A stretch of 29,985 nucleotides of DNA from Pseudomonadota bacterium (GTDB lineage Bacteria > Bdellovibrionota_B > Oligoflexia > Oligoflexales > CAIYRB01): NCBI GenBank assembly GCA_031416315.1, contig JANOTL010000117.1, forward strand, positions 1 through 29,985. The letters are read 5' to 3'. Position 1 is the first letter of the stretch. Every line of letters starts with the position of its first letter. The notes under the pieces were generated by a model. It was not told where the DNA came from and searched no databases. It worked only from the letters and a program-made list of their open reading frames with translations. The position numbers and the translations under genes are program-made. Below are positions 15,051 to 22,895 of this stretch, piece by piece.

Positions 15051-16526
15051 GTGCGCGCTTTGATTTGCCTGACCGTGGCTCTTTCGATCGCCAGCTGCAA
15101 GGCGCGCCGCGACGGCGCGGCGCTGAAATCCGAGGGCGATGGCGCTGCGACCACGGCGGCCAGCGAAGCTCCAATGCCGGGGCTTGATCCGTCCGCGCCC
15201 ACGTCCACGCTCACCGTCGGCGCCGTCGCGCTCACCGCGGGAGAGGTCGGGGCCATCGCGACCGAGCTCGACCAGACGATCACCCAGGGCATGCAGGCCG
15301 CGGGCGTATTGTCGGCCGAGGGCCTTGGCCTCGGCCTGGAGAAGCAGCAAAGCGCGACGGACGTAAAGAAGTCGATCGATGAGCTCCGTTCGCAGCTCGC
15401 GGACGCGCGAGTCCAGCTCGAGCGCTTGAAGGAGCTCGGTGACGACTCGTCGACGCGCATGGAGCTGGAGAAGACCGTCAACCGGCTCATCCAGCAGCTC
15501 GACGGTAACGGCGGCGAGCTGCAGCAAGCAGAGCAAAAGCAGGTCGAGGATCAGAAGCAGCAGCAACAGCAGCAACAAAAGCAGCAGCAAGATCAGGCTC
15601 AGCAGAAGCAGCAGAAGGCCGAAGAAGAAGCCCGCGCCAAGCAGAAGGCCCAGGATGACGAGCTCGCCCGGCAACAGCAGCTGGCGAAGGATGCGACCGA
15701 AAAAGCCGACAAAGAGCAGAAAGCGAAAAAGAAGCGCGAAAAATGGAAGAGCGACAAAATTGCCGAAATCCAGCGGCTGATCCGTGACATCGCCAAAAGC
15801 CAAACCACGCGTAGCGGCGCCGGCTGTACCGTGAAAGCGTTCTCGACGGCCTCGGCCTTGGACTTGAACCAGTTCGGCTCCTGGCCGTTCTCGTCGGCGA
15901 CGATCGACGACCTTTCGGATCGCCAGATCTGGAGCGGCGCCGCGGACCATTACCTGGCCGCAGGCACCGACTACTCCGTCAGCGGCGGCATCGCGACGTA
16001 CATCCTAATGCGCTACCCGGACGACTGCGGCTCCACGTTCCGTCCCAGCGCCAACTGCGAGTACATGGGTGAGGTGAAGAAGGGCTCGAACACCTTCCTA
16101 ATCTGCGGCGTCGTCAGCGGCGCCGGCCGGTTCAACTCGGCGGTCCTTCTTACAAACGGCGTCAGCTTCTATCGGCAGAAGACCGAGGTCACCGACCTTT
16201 CTATCGGCCGCACACCCGATCCCGCAAACGTCAGCAAGATTTTCGGAAACGACTTCATGACCTGCAGCGGCATCGCCGTGAAGAACAAATACATGTGCGC
16301 GTCGTCGGCCTACGACTGCAAGGGAATCGTGGAGGACAACAAGTACATGTGCGAGTCCAACGATTGCAAGGCCATCGTCGGGAAGAACTACTATCTTTGC
16401 GACACTTTCGACTGCAAGGCCATCGTCTCCGGCAACGCCACCCAATGCGACTCCAAAGACTGCATCGCCGCGGTCACGAAGAACGGCCAGCTCTGCGACC
16501 ATGACGGCCACCGCAAACCGAACTGA
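15051..16526 (+). CDS. Putative lipoprotein with Gln/Lys-rich coiled coil and C-terminal Cys-rich repeats
   Basis: GTG follows GAGGGAG. Lipobox IASC, QQAEQKQVEDQKQQQQQQQKQQQDQAQQKQQK...KAKKKREKWK, and five C-terminal CKAIVxxNxxxC-type units. Confidence 0.8.
   Translation: MRALICLTVALSIASCKARRDGAALKSEGDGAATTAASEAPMPGLDPSAPTSTLTVGAVALTAGEVGAIATELDQTITQGMQAAGVLSAEGLGLGLEKQQSATDVKKSIDELRSQLADARVQLERLKELGDDSSTRMELEKTVNRLIQQLDGNGGELQQAEQKQVEDQKQQQQQQQKQQQDQAQQKQQKAEEEARAKQKAQDDELARQQQLAKDATEKADKEQKAKKKREKWKSDKIAEIQRLIRDIAKSQTTRSGAGCTVKAFSTASALDLNQFGSWPFSSATIDDLSDRQIWSGAADHYLAAGTDYSVSGGIATYILMRYPDDCGSTFRPSANCEYMGEVKKGSNTFLICGVVSGAGRFNSAVLLTNGVSFYRQKTEVTDLSIGRTPDPANVSKIFGNDFMTCSGIAVKNKYMCASSAYDCKGIVEDNKYMCESNDCKAIVGKNYYLCDTFDCKAIVSGNATQCDSKDCIAAVTKNGQLCDHDGHRKPN
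16263..16499 (+). repeat. Five tandem ~16-aa two-Cys repeats
   Basis: CSGIAVKNKYMC / CKGIVEDNKYMC / CKAIVGKNYYLC / CKAIVSGNATQC / CIAAVTKNGQLC. Confidence 0.85.
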
Positions 16527-16537
16527 AGGAAAACCCA

Positions 16538-17899
16538 ATGCGTCTCGAGCACATTCTGACCCTCCTTGCGTTAAGCGTCGGCTGCCGCACTCCCGATGCG
16601 CCGCAAACGGCGCAAGTAAAGACCGACGAGGTCGTCGCCATTCCCGCGGTGCCGGGCGAGGCGACCGCAAAGTCGATGACGGAAGCGATCGCCTACTGGG
16701 TCGAGCGCGGCGACGTCATTCGCGCCTCCTGCCCGGCGCAGGGCGAGCCGAAGCGGCTCGCGAAAGTCGACAAGACCGGCTGCAAGGTCCTTGCGAAGAA
16801 ATCGGTCGCGGATTTCAAGAAGGCGTTTACCGAGCTCTATCTGAAGGAAACGGGCAAGCCTTCCCTCAGCCGCGCCGAAGCCGAGATGCTGGACGCCGCC
16901 ATCGCGACGGCTTCGATCGACAACGTGCTGCGCTCGAAGGTGAAAAAGCTGCCGGAAGGCGAGCTCGATGACTTGATCGCCAAGTACTTCCCGATCATCG
17001 AGAAGGCGATGGGCACGCCGCCGTACACGCCGCAGGCGACGCGTGCGACGGGCGCCAACCTCACCGAGGCGCCGTTCTTGAGCGAGCTCGTGTCCGTCCC
17101 TTTCGGCACCTTGTCGCTGACCCCGGCTTACGCGCTCTTCGACACCGCGAAGGCCAAGGTCATCAAAGTGAAGGCGAGCGGCGCGACCTGCGGCGCGGTC
17201 ATCACCGGCGTCAACATCGGCCAGAACCAGCTGAACCTCGGCGGACTCAAGAGCCAGGGCGGTGGCCTCTACGCCAGCAACTTCGCCGACAAGGCGCTCG
17301 AGATCAACTATTTCCAGGTCGTGATGTCGCAGACGACCTATAACTTCGGCATTTGCACCATCACCGCCGCCGTGGAAATCGAGGGCGACGGCCCGGCGCC
17401 GAGCGTCAGCGGCTACGACTTCGACGGCTATCGCGCGTGCGTCGGTCTCGCTTCCGGCGCGGCTTGCCCGCAGATTGCCGACGCGGTCACGGACGCCTGT
17501 CTCGCGAAGAACGGCAACACAAGCTACTGCGGCGACTGCTCGGTTCTCTGCTCGAAGCCCGTGTCGCAAGATAACGGCGGCGGCGGCGACGCCTGGAAGC
17601 AGGCCGGGACGATCTTCTACAACGGCGGCTTCGTGGCGGCGATCGACGTCGGCGTGGTCCCCAACGCTTTCGTACAGCGAATCAAGATCGAGAGTCCGAC
17701 GCAATGCCCGGGCGCGTCGATCCTCTCCGTACGCTCGAAGCCGCCGCTTTTCGCCGAGACCTTGAAGCCGACGAAAGCTGCGGGCGCGAACACCTGGAAG
17801 CCGAACGGCGGCGACGGCGCGGTTCTCAGCGCCGTCGTGGTGTCCCTCAACGGTCCGATCATCTTCGGGGGCTGTCAGATCCCGGTTTACGTTCAGTAG
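16538..17899 (+). CDS. Hypothetical multidomain putative lipoprotein
   Basis: Signal peptide ends LSVGC; starts 11 nt after the previous stop with AAGGA upstream. Two beta-rich segments flank a 6-Cys module (CVG..CPQ..C..CGDCSVLC). Confidence 0.75.
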   Translation: MRLEHILTLLALSVGCRTPDAPQTAQVKTDEVVAIPAVPGEATAKSMTEAIAYWVERGDVIRASCPAQGEPKRLAKVDKTGCKVLAKKSVADFKKAFTELYLKETGKPSLSRAEAEMLDAAIATASIDNVLRSKVKKLPEGELDDLIAKYFPIIEKAMGTPPYTPQATRATGANLTEAPFLSELVSVPFGTLSLTPAYALFDTAKAKVIKVKASGATCGAVITGVNIGQNQLNLGGLKSQGGGLYASNFADKALEINYFQVVMSQTTYNFGICTITAAVEIEGDGPAPSVSGYDFDGYRACVGLASGAACPQIADAVTDACLAKNGNTSYCGDCSVLCSKPVSQDNGGGGDAWKQAGTIFYNGGFVAAIDVGVVPNAFVQRIKIESPTQCPGASILSVRSKPPLFAETLKPTKAAGANTWKPNGGDGAVLSAVVVSLNGPIIFGGCQIPVYVQ

Positions 17900-17906
17900 C
17901 TGGCTG

Positions 17907-17952
17907 CTGGGTTCCTGCTAAAAATGTCTTGGCGTTTTTAGCTGGAAGCCGG
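17907..17952. terminator. Inverted repeat between convergent genes (candidate bidirectional terminator)
   Basis: TTCCTGCTAAAAATGTC-TT-GGCGTTTTTAGCTGGAA, with a perfect GCTAAAAA/TTTTTAGC core extended by wobble pairs. Confidence 0.55.
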
Positions 17953-17985
17953 GACCGAGGAATTCAAAGGTTCTCGCGTCGTCGC

Positions 17986-18453
17986 TCACTCGCATGGAAG
18001 TGTCAGTGCGGAATCGACGGCAGCCTTCAACTCCACTTCCCCCTCATCCCCCAACCCGCCGACATGCTCCCAAACCACGTTCATGTGACAATCCAAGACC
18101 CACGTGGTCGGCGTTCCCGTCCCGCCCAAAGGCCCCCAAACCGCCCGTTCCGCATCCATCAGCACTGGATGACTCGGCTGGTGCCGCGCGATCCACTGCT
18201 GAAAGTCACGGGCCGTGCGATCGAGGCCGACCTCCACGAATTGGGCGCGGGGCTCGTTGCCGTAGGAACGCGCCATCGCGGCGAAGCGCGGGGCGTTTTC
18301 ATTGCACGGGCCGCAGCGGAGCTGGAAGCCTTCGACGACGAAGATTGCCCCTGGATGATCGGCCGAATCGTAGACGGTACCGGCGGTCGGCGCGTTCATC
18401 CAGGGCAGTTGGATGACCAAGGTCGATGCCAAGGCGGCAGCAGCTAGAAACAT
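17986..18453 (-). CDS. Exported thioredoxin-fold protein (TlpA/ResA/AhpC-TSA-like)
   Basis: C-terminal half of the 17986..18891 ORF. From ATG 18453: hydrophobic N-terminus, FVVEGFQLRCGPC (CxxC), PVLMD and GTPTTWVLD (cis-Pro motif). Confidence 0.8.
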   Translation of the reverse strand: MFLAAAALASTLVIQLPWMNAPTAGTVYDSADHPGAIFVVEGFQLRCGPCNENAPRFAAMARSYGNEPRAQFVEVGLDRTARDFQQWIARHQPSHPVLMDAERAVWGPLGGTGTPTTWVLDCHMNVVWEHVGGLGDEGEVELKAAVDSALTLPCE

Positions 18454-18458
18454 GGTGT

Positions 18459-18478
18459 CCCCCCCCCCCCAAAAAAAA
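18459..18478. repeat. Adjacent homopolymers C12-A8 (T8-G12 on the minus strand)
   Basis: Seen directly: 12 C at 18459-18470 and 8 A at 18471-18478, 5 nt upstream of the ATG at 18453. Confidence 0.9.
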
Positions 18479-18502
18479 TGATGATGCTTTGGTCCGACGG
18501 TA

Positions 18503-21112
18503 TCAGTGCGCAGGGGGTGTTTGCGAGTCGGATTCCAGCGAGCGTAGCGTAAACCGCAGCTCCAACTTTTGCCCGCGCAGATCGGGGCCGCGCATCTTGA
18601 CCCCGCGCGACAAGGCCATCGGCCGCGGCCGCGACGAGTCATGAAAGACGACGCGACGGCTCGCCGCCTCTCCGCCTCGCCATAGCGCCTCGGCGTCTTT
18701 CGCCGCAATTTTCGCACCGGTATCGGAGCTTTGCGCCGTGACGCGCGCCGCGTCCGCATGGATCGGAACGAGGAGTGCGGCGAGCACCTTGTCGACGGCG
18801 TCACCGGACGCCGGCAGGCAGCTCTCCCGTGGACGCTCCCTGCGGTAGCGCTCGTCGAACGCCATCTGCGCCTGCTGGATGAGAGCTGCACGTGTGAACA
18901 TGGCCACGAGCCGGTCGCGCGCCGTGTTGAAGGGCTCGAGCTTCGTCTTCGCCTCGAAGACGATCTGCCACAGCTGCTCGAGCGAATGCCCTTCGATGCG
19001 TCCCAGCGCGCGGCACGTCAGGCCGAGGGAGAAGGGCTCCCAGGAGAACGGCCCGGTCGCAGTCACCAGATCGATCTGCGAGGCCGCGCACTCCGTCGCG
19101 ACTTTGAGCTGATCGCGCAGCTTCGCGATTGGCATGGCGACGGCATCCGGGATGGGCTTGCCCAACTCCAGCTTGCGCATCTCCGCCGCGACGACGAGGA
19201 AGGGGTCCTTGGAGACATCGTGGTCGCCGGCGGCGCCGAATTTCACGTCGAGCTTGTCGTTTACGAGCGTCGCGCTCAGCCGCTGCGCTGCGGTCGGGTC
19301 GAGCTTCGCCGCGGCCGCGGCGGGGCCGACGAGCTTCGCGACGTCGTTCAGGAAGGCGCGGCTCACCTCGAGCGGCGCCGGATACCCGACATTCGCGGCG
19401 ACCGGCGCCGTCGTCGCCGTGCATACCATCGCGCCGAAGTGGACGTCGATGCCGAGCGGCTTCTTCTCCGCCGCGAGACGATAACCGCCGAGACTAGCGA
19501 GACCGTCGAGAGTGCTCTGCAAAACGTTGAACGCGTCGATCGTCTTGCCCGGCTTGCCGATCATATCGAGCTTGGTCGTGGCCTCGCCGCCAGCGGCGAC
19601 TTTTGCTTTGCCGACGGGCACCCACGTATCAGCGGTCGGCAGCGGCTGCGTCGTGCCGCGCGGCGCGGTCCAATAACCGAAGATCAGGTCGAGCGGCTTC
19701 GCCTTGCTCGCAAAGCTCATGTCTGGATGCGCCGCAGCGTAGGCTTTCACGCCCGCATCGGCTTGGCCTAGCGTCGCGGAGAATGCCAGGGAGCCGACGC
19801 CCTCCGGCGTGTCGGCGGCGTCGGGGACCTGATCTTTCACGCGGGCCGCGAACGCGCGCACAGTGCGACCCCCGGTTTTTTCCGCGGCGTCGCCGGCTTG
19901 ATAGAGCGAGACGCCGAGACGGCGCGTGCCGAGCTGCCGGGTGAAGACGATGTGATGATCACGCGGGAGGCCGCCGACCAAGGTCTCAGGCTCCAGGTTG
20001 CCCTGTGGCAGGCTGGTCCGGACGAGCTTGTGGTCGGTCTTGCCGTCGGCGACGAGTGCGTACGAGTCGAGGCGCACGGGAATGCCGAGCGTCATGCCGC
20101 GCAGTTCGTTCTCGCGGTAGAACGAGGAGAAGCGCCTCGCGTCGGCGGGCGTCGCCAGCGTGGCGTCGGCCGGGCGGAAGATCGTCGCGGCCATCGAGGG
20201 GAAGATGTAGTCCTGCGGCGCTTGGCTCCACCACGCGCCGAGGCCGTTCATCTTCGGCACCAGCGCCGTGATCGGCTGAAAGTCGACGGGGCGCAGATCC
20301 AGGGCGACGATGCCGCCCTTGAGCTTCGCGACGTCGAACGACGGAGAGAGGCGTTTCGCGAGCTCGACGCAGCGGTTGTCGGTCGCGCAGTCGATCACGT
20401 CGAGCGGGCGCTGGACGAAATAGTGGTCCTTGCGATAGCCGTCATAGACGACGAAATAGCTCTTTTTTAGCAGCTCGACGTCGGCGGCACCGCTTTGCGC
20501 CGCGAAGAACGACCAGCGGCCCGCCTCGGGTCCGGGGCTGCGGGGCGAAAGCTCCTCGACGATCGAATAGCCGGTGGCGCCGACCTTGCGCAGGATCGGA
20601 AACGGCTCGCTCTTTGCGTCCTGCAGCGTCCACGTCGCGAACGCATCTTTGCGCCGCTCTTGGCGCAACTTCGTCAGATCGAGCGGCTCGTTCGTCTTCA
20701 AGCGCGTCTTCTTGTCCCCCGGGAACGCCGGGGCCACGCGCACGAATGCCTGGCGGTCGCTGAAGAAATCGGTTGTGCGTGCGCCGCCGGCGAGCTGGTG
20801 GTCGAAGTGCTCGTAGTCGCGACCCGAGCTGATGCGGACGACGCAGCCGGCGCCCTTGCACTCCGTGGTCTGGACCGCGAGGTGCTCGAAGGCAAATGCG
20901 ACGTCGCTGAGCGCCGCTTGCGCGCGGAAGCGCTCGCCGAAGGCGCTGAACTCACGGTCCAATCCGCCGAGCGTCACGAAACGGCGCGCGCGCTGCACGA
21001 GCTCCGGCTTTTGCCCGACGATGCCGGCAGCCAACGCGACGGCCAGCAGCACCGAGCTGCCGAGGCGGATGAAAATTCGCCGGTTCAAGGGCGAATTGCC
21101 AGGGGGATTCAT
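18503..21112 (-). CDS. Hypothetical large exported or membrane-anchored protein
   Basis: 869-aa ORF with normal codon usage and composition. N-terminus LNRRIFIRLG plus a hydrophobic helix; GGAGG upstream. No family recognised. Confidence 0.75.
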   Translation of the reverse strand: MNPPGNSPLNRRIFIRLGSSVLLAVALAAGIVGQKPELVQRARRFVTLGGLDREFSAFGERFRAQAALSDVAFAFEHLAVQTTECKGAGCVVRISSGRDYEHFDHQLAGGARTTDFFSDRQAFVRVAPAFPGDKKTRLKTNEPLDLTKLRQERRKDAFATWTLQDAKSEPFPILRKVGATGYSIVEELSPRSPGPEAGRWSFFAAQSGAADVELLKKSYFVVYDGYRKDHYFVQRPLDVIDCATDNRCVELAKRLSPSFDVAKLKGGIVALDLRPVDFQPITALVPKMNGLGAWWSQAPQDYIFPSMAATIFRPADATLATPADARRFSSFYRENELRGMTLGIPVRLDSYALVADGKTDHKLVRTSLPQGNLEPETLVGGLPRDHHIVFTRQLGTRRLGVSLYQAGDAAEKTGGRTVRAFAARVKDQVPDAADTPEGVGSLAFSATLGQADAGVKAYAAAHPDMSFASKAKPLDLIFGYWTAPRGTTQPLPTADTWVPVGKAKVAAGGEATTKLDMIGKPGKTIDAFNVLQSTLDGLASLGGYRLAAEKKPLGIDVHFGAMVCTATTAPVAANVGYPAPLEVSRAFLNDVAKLVGPAAAAAKLDPTAAQRLSATLVNDKLDVKFGAAGDHDVSKDPFLVVAAEMRKLELGKPIPDAVAMPIAKLRDQLKVATECAASQIDLVTATGPFSWEPFSLGLTCRALGRIEGHSLEQLWQIVFEAKTKLEPFNTARDRLVAMFTRAALIQQAQMAFDERYRRERPRESCLPASGDAVDKVLAALLVPIHADAARVTAQSSDTGAKIAAKDAEALWRGGEAASRRVVFHDSSRPRPMALSRGVKMRGPDLRGQKLELRFTLRSLESDSQTPPAH

Positions 21113-21208
21113 GGGGATACCTCCACCCGAGGCATCGGCCGAAGGGAGGCGGGGGCTGAGTTGGCTGGGGCCTTCCGGGTCCTGGCAGGGCGAGGACGCG
21201 GCGAGCCT

Positions 21209-22888
21209 TCAGCCCAAGGTCACCGATCTTGTCGAAACGCCAACGCGGCAGCTGGCCAGCGTCAAGCGCGCCGTCCCCTTGCCTTTGAACGCCAGGCGCA
21301 AGCGCTTCTCGCTCACGTTCCCGCGCGTCCACGGCAGGAAAACCGATCCGCCGTTGTGCAGGCCCTGGCCCCAGCCTTCAAGGTGACCGATCTCGATCAC
21401 CGATGTGTCCGGCGCCAATAAGCTCAGTCCGCCTTCGCAAGCGACGGAAAGCCGCAAAGGCTCGCTTACGGGCAAGGCCTTCGCCGAGGCGAGACCGTGG
21501 GTGGCGAGGTAGCCCTGATTTTTCACGAGCACCTCGATCGTGTCGTCGTCAAGGCGCCTCACGTCGAGGCGCACGCGCGGAAGAAGCGAGGCGACGCGCA
21601 GGAAAGCGCGGCTTTGCGCCGTCACAACCTCGTCGATCAGCTCGTACGGCGGGTTCGAGATGCCGACGCGGATGTCGGTGCCGCCGATCTCGACCGGGCC
21701 GAGCTGCGGGTGGTCGAAACGCTTCCAAGGCTGGAAAATCCGGCCTTGGTTCGAGTTCCGATCCCAGCGCGCCAAGGCCTCGTAGTGCTCGACGTCGAAG
21801 TGCGTGTAGTGGTCGACGAAGGGCTTCTTCCGCTCGATCCCGAGCTGCTTGAAGATGTCCCACAGCTCGCACACGTAGGCGATCGCGCCGCGCTGGTTGT
21901 AGGCGAAGTCGGTGAGGTCGCCATAGAGCGGCTTGTCGGGCTCGTAGAGGAACTCGTGGAAGCCGCTGACGGTCGGGTAGCCGGTGAGCTCGGTGTTCCA
22001 CTTCTCGATCTGCCGGAAGACGGCCAGATCGGCTTGATCCATCTTGTGGTCGGCATGATGGCCGGCGGGTCGGATGAAGACGCCGCCGAAGGTGTGGAAG
22101 TTCATCCACGCGAAGATGTTCGGGTGCGCGCAGGCGAATTCGATGATCGCCCGCGTCTCGGGCGCGCTGCCGGGGTAGGCGCCGGCGCCGACCTGCTCGG
22201 GCTCCGGCTTCCAGCCCCAAGGAAAGTTGCGGTTGAAGTCGTAGCTGTTGTCGGCGAGGAAGTTCGGCGAAGGAATCGTCGATCCGTCGTAGTGCGAGAT
22301 CGTCCCTTCTGGATAGACCTTATAAAACGGCCCACTGTGCTCGATCCTGCGCGGAATCAAAAGGCCTGGATGCGCGGGAGACTCGACCAACTCGCCTGAT
22401 TCGCAGACGACGCGCATCAAGCGCACCATGCCGTCGCTGTCGAGATCCTGCGATTTCCAGTGGGGGCGATGGAGGTCCTGGCGCGCGTCGACCGGGCTCG
22501 AGCGGATGTAACGGCCGGTCTTCAGCACCCCCTCCGCGCCGTCGGGGGAGATGCGCGGCATGACGTAAAACAAAGCGCCGCGGATCGCTTCGACGACCGG
22601 ATCCGGCAGGCCCTGCGGATTTTCGCCCAAGTGCAGCTTCAACGCGTCTTCAGCGATGGCCAAGGCGGCGCTCGAGCCGCAAAGCTCGCTCGCATGCATG
22701 TTGCCGTCGACCCAGACGGCGGGGCGGCCGTCATCCGGGTTGGCGCCGACGGTGAGGAGCCACAGCTCGCGCCCTTCGGCCGAGCGGCCGAGGGAGCTCA
22801 GCCGCGCGATCTCCGGATGGGCCTTCGCCCAGATGGTGAGCTGCGCGGTGAGCTCGGCGTAGTCAAGGTAACGGGAACGGAAGCTCAT
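21209..22888 (-). CDS. M14 family zinc carboxypeptidase
   Basis: LGRSAEGRELW, DGNMHASE (HxxE), PRISPDG, DFNRNFP, PETRAI, NFHTFGG and YVCELW. No signal peptide. Confidence 0.92.
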   Translation of the reverse strand: MSFRSRYLDYAELTAQLTIWAKAHPEIARLSSLGRSAEGRELWLLTVGANPDDGRPAVWVDGNMHASELCGSSAALAIAEDALKLHLGENPQGLPDPVVEAIRGALFYVMPRISPDGAEGVLKTGRYIRSSPVDARQDLHRPHWKSQDLDSDGMVRLMRVVCESGELVESPAHPGLLIPRRIEHSGPFYKVYPEGTISHYDGSTIPSPNFLADNSYDFNRNFPWGWKPEPEQVGAGAYPGSAPETRAIIEFACAHPNIFAWMNFHTFGGVFIRPAGHHADHKMDQADLAVFRQIEKWNTELTGYPTVSGFHEFLYEPDKPLYGDLTDFAYNQRGAIAYVCELWDIFKQLGIERKKPFVDHYTHFDVEHYEALARWDRNSNQGRIFQPWKRFDHPQLGPVEIGGTDIRVGISNPPYELIDEVVTAQSRAFLRVASLLPRVRLDVRRLDDDTIEVLVKNQGYLATHGLASAKALPVSEPLRLSVACEGGLSLLAPDTSVIEIGHLEGWGQGLHNGGSVFLPWTRGNVSEKRLRLAFKGKGTARLTLASCRVGVSTRSVTLG

Positions 22889-22895
22889 GCGTCGC

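Noticed and set aside
18454..18891. N-terminal extension of the thioredoxin-like ORF, or a frameshift fusion with the 869-aa gene through the homopolymer
   Set aside because: The extension overlaps the upstream gene out of frame and is low quality, and the upstream gene stops at 18503, before the tract.
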